From Nitrosopumilus maritimus SCM1 (lineage in GTDB: Archaea > Thermoproteota > Nitrososphaeria > Nitrososphaerales > Nitrosopumilaceae), in NCBI RefSeq assembly GCF_000018465.1, contig NC_010085.1, forward strand, positions 1,613,260 through 1,645,259: a stretch of 32,000 bases of DNA. Reading direction: 5' to 3'. Of this stretch, positions 31,999-32,000 are shown piece after piece (position 1 is the first letter of the stretch; each line of letters starts with the position of its first letter). The position numbers and the translations under genes were made by a program. The notes beneath the pieces were generated by a model. The model searched no databases, was not told the origin of the DNA, and worked only from the letters and a program-made list of their open reading frames with translations.

Positions 31999-32000
31999 TC

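Overview
This is a compact, AT-rich archaeal chromosome segment, about 90% coding, with many 1-4 nt start/stop overlaps. The gene content is family-D DNA polymerase large subunit, group II chaperonin, GGGP synthase, class I CCA-adding enzyme, RNase Z, a GINS-like protein and two glutamine synthetase paralogs. Together with the codon and composition style, this points to a Nitrosopumilus-like ammonia-oxidising thaumarchaeon. That assignment is an inference, since no search was run. I support 35 CDS (one is a 53-aa AbrB-type gene missing from the ORF track, one is truncated at the left edge) and one tRNA-Pro(GGG). Most of the window is housekeeping. The most interesting signals are as follows. 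(1) The last ~330 bp are non-coding and carry direct and inverted repeats with the architecture of archaeal origin recognition boxes, plus an iterated GTTAAC/TTAACA motif. This is probably a replication origin cut by the window edge, and it sits next to a small island of four putative DNA-binding proteins. (2) A divergent GS paralog, a KamA-family radical-SAM aminomutase and an atypical MscS channel lie together, which may be a beta-amino-acid osmolyte module. (3) A J-domain protein has HSD instead of HPD and a beta-helix-like tail. (4) A secreted, membrane-tethered protein is predicted to mature with an N-terminal histidine, making it a candidate copper His-brace protein. (5) A perfect 20-bp tandem duplication sets the stop codon of a kinase gene directly against a tRNA gene. 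No CRISPR array, integrase, transposase or recognisable defence system was seen.
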